NCBI GenBank assembly: GCA_038861545.1
Contig: JAWCCZ010000001.1
Location: 1 to 64,000, forward strand
Origin: Thermofilaceae archaeon
GTDB taxonomy: Archaea; Thermoproteota; Thermoprotei; Thermofilales; Thermofilaceae
Reading direction: 5' to 3'
DNA length: 64,000 nucleotides
Shown here: in pieces, positions 52,118 through 62,002 of the stretch
Position numbering within the stretch: position 1 is the first letter of the stretch
Layout: the number at the start of each line of letters is the position of its first letter
The notes under the pieces: generated by a model
What the model saw: only the letters and a program-made list of their open reading frames with translations
The model's database searches: none
Told to the model about the DNA's origin: nothing
Position numbers and translations under genes: made by a program

Positions 52118-54403
52118 ATGCTAAGTTCCAAGTTGCTAAGGAGGTATAAGGTGTTAAAGCTCTACTCGTTGCTACTCTTACACGTGAGGTTATTAATATT
52201 CGTTCTCCTTCTCTCAAGTCTCGGCATTATTCTAGGCGTATTACCTCCGCTTGCAACTAGGGCAATAATTGATGATGGCATTGGTAAAAGAAACATTAAC
52301 GCACTTATCTTTAATTCACTACTTCTAGTAGTACTTAACACTGCGTCGACGATCATCGGAGCTTTAGGAGGATATTACCGAACGATTCTAAGCGGTAAGA
52401 TAGCTCTTGAATTGAGAACCAAGGTCTTTAAGAAAACTCTAGAGTTAGGTGTAGAACTTTACGAGGCGGCAGCGGTCGGCGATGTAGCTACTAGGATCTA
52501 CGGCTATGTTGATAGGATACAACGCTTCATAGTTGATAGTTTTGAAAACGTGGTTATAAACTCCTTAAGGCTTATCTTCATGCTAGCAATAATATTCGCA
52601 CTTAATGTTAAATTATCGCTAGCGCTTCTAGCGCCCCTCCCTCTATACATATGGGGTCTAGTATGGTATCAACCACGGGTTAGGATATTATTCACTAAAA
52701 GGTGGTCAAGGGTTTCAAGAATGTCAGCGTACATAACATCAACTCTTAACTCCGTTTTATTAGTTAAACTAACCGGAAAGGAGAAAGTTGAAAGTAAACG
52801 TTTTGAAGATTTAGCAAACGATGTTTTTAAGACAGAAATTGAAACTGCGAAATATGGTTTATTAGTTTTCCCTTGGTTAAACTTACTGTTAGCTTTAGCT
52901 TCTGTTGGTGTGATGTACTTTGGCGGCTTAATGGTACTGTATGGAGAATTAAGCACAGGAACTTTAATGGCTTTTTTAGCTTACATCTGGCAAGTATACG
53001 CGCCAATCCAAGCTCTCACAGGCATTATACCTCAATTAGCTGAAGCAGAAGCCGCTCATGAAAAACTCAGCGAGCTTCTGGAAGCATCACCTAGGGTGAC
53101 TGAGGAACCCGATTCAGTAGAATTGAAAATAAAGGGTAAAGTTGATGTTATGAATCTATGGTTTGGGTATTCAGCAGAAAGACCAATACTCAAGGGAGTA
53201 AATCTTTCGATAAAGCCTGGAGACGTTGTAGGCGTCGTGGGCCCTAATGGAGCTGGCAAGACAACATTAGTTCGTATGCTGGCTAGGCTCTACGATCCAA
53301 TTAAAGGAGCTGTTATGCTTGATGAAGTCGAAATGCGGAGGATTAAACTAGGCTGTTTAAGGCGTAACGTTATGTTAGTGCCTCAAGAGCCTATGTTACT
53401 TTCAGGCAGTGTAGCTTATAACATATCTTATGGTGTTGAAAATCCAGATCCCTTAACGATTCTTTATGCTGCATGGTTATGTGGGGCGCATCGCTTCATA
53501 GTAGAGCTCCCCCTAGCTTACGACAGCGATGTTGGAGAGCAGGGTAGAGCTCTTTCAGGCGGGCAACGCCAACTTATCTGCTTAGCTAGAGCGCTTCTCC
53601 TTAAGCCTAAAGTGTTGCTTCTTGATGAAGCCACGAGTAACGTACATGTAGAGCTGGAGGAAGTAATAATGATGCGCTTGCTAGGTTATCTGAGGGATAC
53701 GACAATTATAGCAATTTCCCATAGACCTACGCTTAATAAGTTCATGAATAGAGTTGTAATGATGAGCGATGGTAAGGTATTAAATGAAATCAAAGGGGGT
53801 CTCGACAGTAGGCCTCCAATGCCACCGATACCCAGAATAATTGATGCAAATGATCTGAATATAATAGATCGCGGAGCTTGGCTTGAAGCCCATGTTAAGG
53901 AACACGTATTAGACGAACTTCGTGCAAGATTACCTTTCCCCTTAACTTACCCGCGGCTTCTTGTGCTTTATAGAGATCCAGATGACATGTTGGTAGTCGA
54001 TGACTGGACAAAGCTTAATTTAGAGTCTAAGAGAGCTGTGCTTAAACATGTTTTGCGAGAGCATGGATTAATGCTGGCTAGGCTTCACGAAATTATACCG
54101 CTTAGTGGTAGAGGTAGGGCACTCTCCTTAAATGTAGTGCTTGAAAACGAAGAAGGTAAAATAGAAATTTCGTTATCACCTGGCGGCCTCCTGTTACTTA
54201 ACAAAAACCTAGTGATCGTAACTCCAACTAAAGTGTACATAGTGGATTCAGAGGCATCTAATGGTAGAGCGATTAATAGTGCCTACGCGCTTGCAGCCGA
54301 GCCACCCAGCCCCTTTAGGTACTACGACTTCACGTTGCTGGTAAAGGAAATTAAGGAGAACTCCCAAGACTTTCGGGATGCCATTAGGGCCGCTGGAAGT
54401 TGA
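52118..54403 (+). CDS. ABC exporter (TMD+NBD) with C-terminal DUF1854-like extension
   Basis: Six-TM region, GPNGAGKT, LSGGQRQ, LDEATS, H-loop SHR; tail RLPFPLTYP..DDWTKL. Confidence 0.88.
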   Translation: MLSSKLLRRYKVLKLYSLLLLHVRLLIFVLLLSSLGIILGVLPPLATRAIIDDGIGKRNINALIFNSLLLVVLNTASTIIGALGGYYRTILSGKIALELRTKVFKKTLELGVELYEAAAVGDVATRIYGYVDRIQRFIVDSFENVVINSLRLIFMLAIIFALNVKLSLALLAPLPLYIWGLVWYQPRVRILFTKRWSRVSRMSAYITSTLNSVLLVKLTGKEKVESKRFEDLANDVFKTEIETAKYGLLVFPWLNLLLALASVGVMYFGGLMVLYGELSTGTLMAFLAYIWQVYAPIQALTGIIPQLAEAEAAHEKLSELLEASPRVTEEPDSVELKIKGKVDVMNLWFGYSAERPILKGVNLSIKPGDVVGVVGPNGAGKTTLVRMLARLYDPIKGAVMLDEVEMRRIKLGCLRRNVMLVPQEPMLLSGSVAYNISYGVENPDPLTILYAAWLCGAHRFIVELPLAYDSDVGEQGRALSGGQRQLICLARALLLKPKVLLLDEATSNVHVELEEVIMMRLLGYLRDTTIIAISHRPTLNKFMNRVVMMSDGKVLNEIKGGLDSRPPMPPIPRIIDANDLNIIDRGAWLEAHVKEHVLDELRARLPFPLTYPRLLVLYRDPDDMLVVDDWTKLNLESKRAVLKHVLREHGLMLARLHEIIPLSGRGRALSLNVVLENEEGKIEISLSPGGLLLLNKNLVIVTPTKVYIVDSEASNGRAINSAYALAAEPPSPFRYYDFTLLVKEIKENSQDFRDAIRAAGS

Positions 54404-55739
54404 AATAAGAAGCCGTGAGGGTAAATATTTGAGTGCAAAGAACTTTGACCTTTATGTTTCTAAAAACATAGCTGAACTTGAAAGAGAGTTCGGGGTAGTC
54501 TATGACCCTGTTCAGCTTTTTCCAGAGGATCCTTCATTCGCACGAGCGGTTTTCGAGGCTGGTTTTAAGCTACTTCTAGATACAGGAGTCTACGTTATAG
54601 AGCAGGAGAGAATCGTTAAGTTCAGCGAGGAGGAGTTGAAAGAAGCTTTAAGAAATTGTAAACCAGTGTTAACCATAGGCGAAGGAAAAGAATCAAAGCA
54701 GCTTCAATTTCGAGACGTGGGGTCAAAGACTCCTCCGCTTGTATTTGGAGGATATGCAGGAACGCCAGTTTCAGAGGAAGATTATGAACCTAGTGCGCTT
54801 TCCTACGCCCTTGAACCGCTTGTAGATGCTATTGATCACGGCAGCATCTCGATGGTGCACGGCATTAATTCAGTCAACGGAGCTCCAAGTGAAGTTGAAG
54901 CCACTGCTACAGAGGTCAAGCTACTTCGCAAAGCGTTGTTAGAGGCTGGGAGACCAGGTATGCATATACTAGCATGCGAGAGCAGCGTTAGCGCTAACGG
55001 AAACTTAGCTGCTATGTCCATGGGTCTTTTGAAACAGAGTGACGCGCATCTTATTCCAATTCTTAACGAATTAAAGGTGAATTATTCCCAGTTAGTGAAA
55101 TCAGAGGCTGGATTACTTTGCGGAGTTTACAACGCGGCTCTTGTGGATCCAATTATCGGGGGTTTTGCGCGTGGAGCAGCTGGCACAGCGATATGTGCCG
55201 TAGCAGAAGTATTAGCTTCTATAGTAATATACAGTGCAGCGTACGTTTTAATCCATCCTTATCACATTAGATTTAAGGCCACAAGTGCTAAAGAGTGCCT
55301 CTGGGTTGAATGCGCGGTAGGGCAAGCTGGTCATTACATTAGTCTGCCACTTATAGGTGATGTATGGCCAGCAAACGGTGGCGGAGTTATCGAAATGTTA
55401 TACGAGATTGCGGCCAACTCTGTAGTGGCTACAACAAGCGGCTTGAATCTTCTAGGTCCTGCACCGGCTAACGGTGAAAAACCCAATGGATGCGGGCTTG
55501 AGGCTAGGCTAATGGCTCAGGTGGGTCGAGCGGTTACTGGCTTAAAACCAATAGAAGTGGTGGATGTTGTTAAGGAACTTGTGAAGAAATACGACGCGAC
55601 TCTATTAAACCCTAATCCGGGCTTACCTTTCCGCGAGCTCTATAATATCTATGAGCGTAAACCGGCAGGCCACTGGTATGAAAAATACACTGGTGTGAAG
55701 CGAGAGCTCGAAGATCTTGGTGTACAGTTATCCGAGTAA
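54378..55739 (+). CDS. mtmB: Monomethylamine:corrinoid methyltransferase (MtmB) family protein without pyrrolysine
   Basis: AVFEAG, AGRPGMHIL, LNELK, PIIGGFA, GLEARLM; Leu198 (CTA) at the Pyl position. Confidence 0.88.
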   Translation: MPLGPLEVEIRSREGKYLSAKNFDLYVSKNIAELEREFGVVYDPVQLFPEDPSFARAVFEAGFKLLLDTGVYVIEQERIVKFSEEELKEALRNCKPVLTIGEGKESKQLQFRDVGSKTPPLVFGGYAGTPVSEEDYEPSALSYALEPLVDAIDHGSISMVHGINSVNGAPSEVEATATEVKLLRKALLEAGRPGMHILACESSVSANGNLAAMSMGLLKQSDAHLIPILNELKVNYSQLVKSEAGLLCGVYNAALVDPIIGGFARGAAGTAICAVAEVLASIVIYSAAYVLIHPYHIRFKATSAKECLWVECAVGQAGHYISLPLIGDVWPANGGGVIEMLYEIAANSVVATTSGLNLLGPAPANGEKPNGCGLEARLMAQVGRAVTGLKPIEVVDVVKELVKKYDATLLNPNPGLPFRELYNIYERKPAGHWYEKYTGVKRELEDLGVQLSE

Positions 55740-55770
55740 ACGTTTTTGAGTAAGGATAATTATTTTCACT

Positions 55771-56364
55771 GTGAGTCTACCCAAGCTTATCTACAAAGCA
55801 CGCCAAGGGGATAATGTAGGTACTGCATTGGGAGATCTCGAAGAAAATTTGGAATACCCTATTTTCGAGGAGGGCAAGGGGATTACCGGTACCATTAGGG
55901 TTATCACACCAGTGTTGAAGTGGCATAAAGTGGCTCTAGAAGAAGTTTACGAAGATGAGAAGGTAATAAAATTTGGTTATCCTATAGGCATCGCTGTAAC
56001 TCAGATTGTACCTGGTACAATTGTTCACATAACGAACATTATACTGGATTCACGCTTCGACTTCAAATCCCTTGTGAGGAAGGGTTTCGTACTAGGAGAG
56101 GCGACAGCAAAAATAGAAAAAGGAGGAATTTTAAGAATATCTAGAAATTTTCGGCCACTGCATCCAGACCTTAAAGATGAACCGGTTCGAAGTAAGGTGG
56201 GTATAGCAGCCACGTCTATAGCAGAGGGTGCAGCTGTTAGGCTAGGCAATATTATAGATTTAAACCCTGAGCGGTGGCATAATGAAAGGTATAAGCGGTT
56301 AATCAGGGATTTTTACCGTTTGCTGAAGGCTGGTTTAATCGATTTTACGAGGGTTCAGGTGTGA
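55771..56364 (+). CDS. UxaA/GarD/SuyA-type SAF-domain small subunit (SAF partly duplicated)
   Basis: DNVGTAL, HKVAL..VIKFGYPIG.A...I.PG..VH..N; second partial repeat. Confidence 0.85.
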   Translation: MSLPKLIYKARQGDNVGTALGDLEENLEYPIFEEGKGITGTIRVITPVLKWHKVALEEVYEDEKVIKFGYPIGIAVTQIVPGTIVHITNIILDSRFDFKSLVRKGFVLGEATAKIEKGGILRISRNFRPLHPDLKDEPVRSKVGIAATSIAEGAAVRLGNIIDLNPERWHNERYKRLIRDFYRLLKAGLIDFTRVQV

Positions 56365-56367
56365 TAG

Positions 56368-57651
56368 ATGGATAGTGTCAAAGCATACCATAGGGAGCAA
56401 AGAAAGATGTATGGAATACGAAACCACATACTTATACTTCCAACAACATTATGCGTAAATAGAGTGGCCGAATGTATCAAAGAGGAATTTAGGAACGAAC
56501 AATGGGGTGAGAGTGGCGAGAACAGGGTTGTTCTAATACGGCATAATAGTGGTTGTTGTCACATAGGTTTCGATAAAAATATGGCTTTTAAAGTACTCAT
56601 GGGGATAGCGTCTCATCCTAATGTACATGGTGTACTTCTAGTTAGTCTTGGGTGCGGCCAATTTTGCAAAAAACCATTAATGCCAGGGGAGAGCAGGAAG
56701 ATTAACTTAGAGGCTTTCAAACTTTATGATAGATTGGTGAAAAGGGGGGTTAAGGTTTTTTGGGTTAACGTTCAAGAAAAAGTTTTACTTCGAGAATATT
56801 CGGATTCTCTCGACCAGGCAATAAACTTAGGCATGAAATTTATCAAAAAGTTAGTTGAAGAGGCAGTAAATGCTAAACGAGTAGAGACGAGACTAAATCG
56901 ATTTGTTATTGGCGTAGGGAATGGGGCATCCGATCCAACATCAGGAATTTTCGCTAATCCGGCACTCGGCTATCTTGTAGATCACTTGGTGAAAGGCGGT
57001 TCCAGTGTTGTCTTCTCGCAGACGATGGAGGTGCTCGGAGCTGAAGATTACCTTTTCGCCAAGTCAGAAAACGAAAAAGTGACGCATAAGTTAAAAAGAT
57101 TGTTGGAAGTAGCTTCAGCTTTTAAGGAAGCATTGCAAGAATACGCTGAGGAATCTGATCCTACTCCCGGCAACATAGCTAGTGGTATATCCACGCTGAC
57201 TGAAAAATCGCTTGGCAGCGTGCTTAAAATTGGTCATGATGCCAATGTTAAATTATCCGATGTTATTCCTTACGCTAACCAGGTACCTAGAGGCGGCGGC
57301 CTCTACTTTATGGATACCCCTGGTGAGGATGCTTTATCAATAACCGGTATGGTAGCGGGTGGAGCCCACGCCGTTATTTTTACAACTGGACTTGGCACAC
57401 CGGTTGGATCCCCAGTCAGTCCTGTTATAAAGGTAACAGCAAATAGGGAAACGTATAAAAAACTTAGGAGTTTGATTGATATCTGTCTTCCTATAGAGGA
57501 AATATTCTATGAGAGTAGGAATCTCCAAGAAATTGCTCTAAAGCATTTGCATCCTTTACTCCTAGATATAATGTCAGGTGAAAAGCTTGCTTGTAATGAA
57601 AAGCTAGGTTTCACGGATTTTGATATTAGAAGCTACTGGATGAGGGCTTAA
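56368..57651 (+). CDS. UxaA/GarD/SuyB-family hydro-lyase large subunit
   Basis: GIRNH, HNSGC, HPNV..LGC, SDPTSG.FANP, PGNIASGISTL.EKSLG, MDTPG, FTTGLGT. Confidence 0.9.
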   Translation: MDSVKAYHREQRKMYGIRNHILILPTTLCVNRVAECIKEEFRNEQWGESGENRVVLIRHNSGCCHIGFDKNMAFKVLMGIASHPNVHGVLLVSLGCGQFCKKPLMPGESRKINLEAFKLYDRLVKRGVKVFWVNVQEKVLLREYSDSLDQAINLGMKFIKKLVEEAVNAKRVETRLNRFVIGVGNGASDPTSGIFANPALGYLVDHLVKGGSSVVFSQTMEVLGAEDYLFAKSENEKVTHKLKRLLEVASAFKEALQEYAEESDPTPGNIASGISTLTEKSLGSVLKIGHDANVKLSDVIPYANQVPRGGGLYFMDTPGEDALSITGMVAGGAHAVIFTTGLGTPVGSPVSPVIKVTANRETYKKLRSLIDICLPIEEIFYESRNLQEIALKHLHPLLLDIMSGEKLACNEKLGFTDFDIRSYWMRA

Positions 57652-57663
57652 CTAACCATGCGA

Positions 57664-58482
57664 TCAAGGATGAGCAATTCCTTTCAAAGATATTATCGGA
57701 GGTGGCTGGCGTTTATGAATGGTGGCTTTTACCCTTTTCAACACTTTTTCTACAAGTTCAGATGGAAGACCAGTAACTTCAGATATCCGAGATGGTTCAA
57801 TGTTTAGGTCAAAGACTGCGTATAATATTTGGTCAATATCCTCATACTTAAAACCTAACTCATTTTCAGCTTTTTGTCCAGGCCATAATCTAGGACTACT
57901 GGGTTTAGATGCGATTTTATCGGGCAGGCCTAAATACTTTGCCAGTTCTCTAATTTGAGTCTTGTAAAGATCGCCTATCGGCAGCAAGTCTGCTCCACCA
58001 TCTCCGTGTTTAGTAAAATAGCCTAGAAGCAACTCGCTTCGATCACCCGTACCGAGAACCAGTCCGTTAAACCTGTTAGCTGTGTAATACAAGATGGTCA
58101 TTCTAACCCTGGCTTTAACGTTACCAAGCGCGACGTGGTCAAGGGGGTCAAAAAAAGGAATTGAAGTGCTTACGGCTTCGACAGCTTTATCAATTGGTAC
58201 TATGCTTGATTTAAGATCCAGTTTTTCAGCAAGGTACAAGGCATCCTCTACATCATCCTTTGGTGTAGAAGAGGAGTCTGGCATGATAAGTGCTATGACT
58301 TTCTCTCCTCCAACAGCTTCAGCTGCCAGCGTAGCCACAACAGATGAATCAACACCGCCGCTTAAACCTATAACGTAAAGATTTGCTTTACTTTCGATTA
58401 AGTAGTTTTCCAAATATTTTTTTATCTTATTCCTAATTATTTCGTAGTCTAGGCCCCTGAGTTTTTCAAGTAGCAAAGGCAT
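57664..58482 (-). CDS. nadE: NH3-dependent NAD+ synthetase
   Basis: LSGGVDS, GNVKARVRM, GYFTKHGDG, LYKTQI. Confidence 0.95.
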   Translation of the reverse strand: MPLLLEKLRGLDYEIIRNKIKKYLENYLIESKANLYVIGLSGGVDSSVVATLAAEAVGGEKVIALIMPDSSSTPKDDVEDALYLAEKLDLKSSIVPIDKAVEAVSTSIPFFDPLDHVALGNVKARVRMTILYYTANRFNGLVLGTGDRSELLLGYFTKHGDGGADLLPIGDLYKTQIRELAKYLGLPDKIASKPSSPRLWPGQKAENELGFKYEDIDQILYAVFDLNIEPSRISEVTGLPSELVEKVLKRVKATIHKRQPPPIISLKGIAHP

Positions 58483-58495
58483 CCCCTAAGCCCAG

Positions 58496-58897
58496 CTAGC
58501 TTTTAATTAAAGTTTTTTTCGACTTCACGTATACTATTGTTGGTATTTTCATCGTCGTAGCCTTACGTTTCAGGCGAATATCCGCGGTTGCAATGCAAGC
58601 ATTCAGGTCTTTTGCAAGGTGTAGGAGAATCATATCAGTTTGATTACTGATAGCAGTTTCTACGAGCCTACCAATACCTTGAGACAAAATATAGTCAATT
58701 TCATTCATAGCGATTTTAGCTAATATTCCTCTCCTTCCTTTACTTATGGTCAAACCTTTAAGCTCATTTACAACTGCGCTCGGTATAATCACTTCGAATG
58801 ATTCGTCAATTATCTCTTCTAACAGCTGGTGTAAATGTTTATGCGCTTGAGAAGAACAGAGTAACAAGCTCGTATCGACTACTACTTTTACCGTCAC
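58496..58897 (-). CDS. PIN-domain protein (Fcf1/Utp24-like)
   Basis: VVDTS, VVNEL, TD, ATAD acidic quartet. Confidence 0.85.
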   Translation of the reverse strand: MTVKVVVDTSLLLCSSQAHKHLHQLLEEIIDESFEVIIPSAVVNELKGLTISKGRRGILAKIAMNEIDYILSQGIGRLVETAISNQTDMILLHLAKDLNACIATADIRLKRKATTMKIPTIVYVKSKKTLIKS

Positions 58898-59087
58898 GTA
58901 ACTTCCTTGACTAACATTTGTTAAAGTATTTGCCTTGCTATAGACATATATAAGGCACAGGAATATTCGCCTAGATTTAAAAAATCTTAACTAAAAGTAT
59001 GAATAAATTAAAAATATTTATGTAAGCAACTTATTAAAGGAATTTTTCCTAAATAGCCAAGGTTAAAGATATCTACTAAATAGACCC

Positions 59088-60449
59088 ATGGTGCCGCAGT
59101 TGACAACGCCATGCCGAAGAAGGAAGAGAGTCCTGATAATGGGCGCCGGCGGGCGTGATTTCCATAACTTTAATGTTTGTTTCAGGGATAATGATGAATA
59201 CGAAGTTGTGGCTTTTACCGCTTCTCAAATACCTTTCATTGAAAATAGAGTATACCCACCGGAGCTGGGCGGCACTCTATACCCTAACGGCATTCCAATA
59301 TTCTCAGAATCAAAGCTTGAAGAAATTATCAAAAAATATGGGGTAGATGAAGTTGTTTTATCCTATAGCGATCTTGTTTGCGAAGATGTGTTATTCAAGA
59401 TGAGCAGAGCTTTGGCAGCTGGTGCTAGTTTCAGAGTCTTAGGAGTCAGAGAAACCATGCTACACGCTCAAATCCCCGTTATTGCAGTTTCAGCGATAAG
59501 AACAGGTGCAGGTAAAAGTAGTGTTGCACGTAAAGTGGTTAAAGTATTGAGAGAGAGGGGTCTAAAGCCAGTTATAGTCAGGCACCCGATGGCCTACGGC
59601 AATTTGCGGGAAATGAAAGTTCAAAGAATAAGTTGCCTTGAGGATTTAGACAAGTACACATACACAATAGAGGAGCGTGAAGAGTTTGAATGGCATATTC
59701 AAGAGGGAACAGTGGTTTATGCTGGTGTAGACTACGAGGCAGTTTTGAATGAGTTAGATAAAGAGAAATTCAATGTTATAGTGTGGGACGGAGGTAATAA
59801 TGATTGGCCCTTTATAAAGCCGGATCTTCACATAACAGTTATTGATCCTATGAGACCTGGCCATGAGATCAGATCGTTTCCAGGTCTCGTCAACTTGATA
59901 ATGGCAGATGTTGCATTAATAAACAAGGCTAATTTAGTAGATAAAAACGTAATAGGACAAACCTTAGAGAGGATAAAAACGATTAATCCAAAAGCTCACA
60001 TAGTTATCGCATCATCGGAGGTCACTGTAGATAACCCGGAGTTAGTACGCGGCTATCGAGTACTAGTTGTTGAAGATGGCCCCTCTGTAACTCATGGTCA
60101 CTTGAGCTTTGGTGCAGGATATACAGCAGCCCTTAAGTATCATGCAGCGGAGATAATTGATCCTAGACCATATGCTGTAGGCAGTTTAAAAAGTGTCTAT
60201 GAAGAATACCCACATATAGGTCCAGTTCTACCGGCGATGGGATACGGACCTCAACAGATTAAGGATCTCGAAGAAACTATTAATAGAGCAGTAGCTGATG
60301 CTGTCATACTTGGTACCCCTACGGATTTATCAAGATATACTAGGATTAATAAACCGGTTGTCAAAGTTAAGTATGAAATACACGAACTTGAGGGTTCGCT
60401 ATCCAAAATAATCAATGATTTCCTAGATAAGGTAGATAATAGTGTCTAA
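59088..60449 (+). CDS. arcE: COG2403/cDPG-synthetase-like P-loop protein, probable arginine synthetase ArcE
   Basis: IMGAGGRDFHNFN, RTGAGKS, RHPMAYG, WDGGNND, VEDGP, LPAMGY. Confidence 0.75.
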   Translation: MVPQLTTPCRRRKRVLIMGAGGRDFHNFNVCFRDNDEYEVVAFTASQIPFIENRVYPPELGGTLYPNGIPIFSESKLEEIIKKYGVDEVVLSYSDLVCEDVLFKMSRALAAGASFRVLGVRETMLHAQIPVIAVSAIRTGAGKSSVARKVVKVLRERGLKPVIVRHPMAYGNLREMKVQRISCLEDLDKYTYTIEEREEFEWHIQEGTVVYAGVDYEAVLNELDKEKFNVIVWDGGNNDWPFIKPDLHITVIDPMRPGHEIRSFPGLVNLIMADVALINKANLVDKNVIGQTLERIKTINPKAHIVIASSEVTVDNPELVRGYRVLVVEDGPSVTHGHLSFGAGYTAALKYHAAEIIDPRPYAVGSLKSVYEEYPHIGPVLPAMGYGPQQIKDLEETINRAVADAVILGTPTDLSRYTRINKPVVKVKYEIHELEGSLSKIINDFLDKVDNSV

Positions 60450-61314
60450 ACACAACGATTTTTATCTAACGGTACATTATCCAACTTTCCTAGGCTTCCC
60501 AGCGAATTGGGTTTCCTCTAAAGCTGTCATAATTGGAATTCCATTTGATGCAGGATCCACCTGGAAACCTGGGTGTAGATTAGCCCCGCTGAAAATCAGG
60601 GAGGTTTCTCAGAATATAGAAACATATGACCCTATAGGGAAAAGGGATGCTGCTACGTTACCGGTAGCTGATGCTGGTGACGTGATTGAGTGTATACTAC
60701 CGAATAGGATGATCAGCGTTGTGGAGAAAGTTGTTTCAGTATTTTATTCTGAAAATAAGCTTGTCGCAAGTTTAGGTGGAGATCATACAGTAACATTAGG
60801 TGTTCTAAAAGGACTGAGTGAGCGAAAGACTTTAGTTATGTTTGATGCTCATCTAGACTATAGGAATGAGTACCCAGTAGGGGAAAGAATAACTCACGCT
60901 ACGGTGCTAAGGCGAGCCTGCGAATGGGATTTAATAGAGTACGCACTATTAATAGGTGTAAGAGGTGTTTCGAGAGAGGAGGTTGAAACTTTAGAGAAGG
61001 AAGGGCGAGCAAAAATTATGTATGCGTGGGCTACCGAAGAAGAGTTAAAAGATGCGTTTAGCACCCTTAACAGGAGAATTTACATTAGTGTAGATATAGA
61101 TGTGCTAGATCCCTCTATAGCTCCTGGGGTCACTTGTCCTGAACCTGGAGGGCTCACCTATACGCAGTTATGTAAAGCTCTCTCTGCTCTATCAAGCTTC
61201 AAGGTACTAGGGTTAGATATAGTAGAAGTAAACCCTTTATTAGATATCAATGATTTAACTAGCTATGTCACTGCTAAACTTTTATCTAAGCTGTTAATTA
61301 ACTTAGTAAGCTAA
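60442..61314 (+). CDS. speB: Agmatinase (ureohydrolase)
   Basis: GGDHT, DAHLD, SVDIDVLDP..APG, EPGG. Confidence 0.9.
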   Translation: MSKHNDFYLTVHYPTFLGFPANWVSSKAVIIGIPFDAGSTWKPGCRLAPLKIREVSQNIETYDPIGKRDAATLPVADAGDVIECILPNRMISVVEKVVSVFYSENKLVASLGGDHTVTLGVLKGLSERKTLVMFDAHLDYRNEYPVGERITHATVLRRACEWDLIEYALLIGVRGVSREEVETLEKEGRAKIMYAWATEEELKDAFSTLNRRIYISVDIDVLDPSIAPGVTCPEPGGLTYTQLCKALSALSSFKVLGLDIVEVNPLLDINDLTSYVTAKLLSKLLINLVS

Positions 61315-61469
61315 AATGCAAGAACTTTCTTTACAGTAGGAGCTCTCAACTTAACAACTATACGCCAGCCACAGTGGGGACATTTAACTCCTGGTAGAAT
61401 TTCCATCTCAGTTTTAGAGAATTCCTTACCGCATTTCGGACATTTATACATTCTGTCTTCAGAACCCAT
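61311..61469 (-). CDS. rpoP: RNA polymerase subunit P (Rpo12), not in ORF track
   Basis: Manual translation MGSEDRMYKCPKCGKEF...VKCPHCGWRIVVKLRAPTVKKVLAF. Confidence 0.92.
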   Translation of the reverse strand: MGSEDRMYKCPKCGKEFSKTEMEILPGVKCPHCGWRIVVKLRAPTVKKVLAF

Positions 61470-61492
61470 ATTCAGTGAAGGTTGAGGGGTCT

Positions 61493-61936
61493 TTATAAAC
61501 CTAAAGGTACTAATTCGACGAGGCTTATAACCCGATTTTCGGGACAGGCAACCTTTCCATGAACTGCCACCACTTTAACTTGTTCTCCTTCGATGAAATA
61601 AGTATTGTTACATAGTAAGTATCTGAGGCACGATTCGCGTTCACAACGGGGAATCTTATATCTGAATGTTAGCCCTTCAACAGCTAACTTGCTTTCAACA
61701 GTTGAAAGCGCCGGCATTTCCTCTACCTCGATAACCACCATTCGTTCGTTTAAAAGCGGGCACGTATGGGCCTTTCGTCTAATAGCTTTCACCTTGTATC
61801 TCCCGCCGGATCTCAATGTTCCTGCACAGACTTTGTAAAAGGGACATTTAATACACTTTGGATTAACCATAGCTTTAAACACTGTACCAACTTTAGCTTG
61901 AGCTTCTGTTACCATAGTTATTTTTGTCGTATACAT
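61493..61936 (-). CDS. UPF0179 family protein
   Basis: ITMV..QAKVG, CxxC..C, H.CP, second Cys cluster. Confidence 0.8.
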   Translation of the reverse strand: MYTTKITMVTEAQAKVGTVFKAMVNPKCIKCPFYKVCAGTLRSGGRYKVKAIRRKAHTCPLLNERMVVIEVEEMPALSTVESKLAVEGLTFRYKIPRCERESCLRYLLCNNTYFIEGEQVKVVAVHGKVACPENRVISLVELVPLGL

Positions 61937-62002
61937 TATCTCTTCATTGATGTTTTTCTAGGACAAATTTTTAAAGATCTACTTCTCAATCTCAAGGGAA
62001 TT

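Noticed and set aside
54970-54972. TAG overlapping the MtmB pyrrolysine-position codon
   Set aside because: It is out of frame; the ORF is continuous with family motifs on both sides, so no recoding is needed
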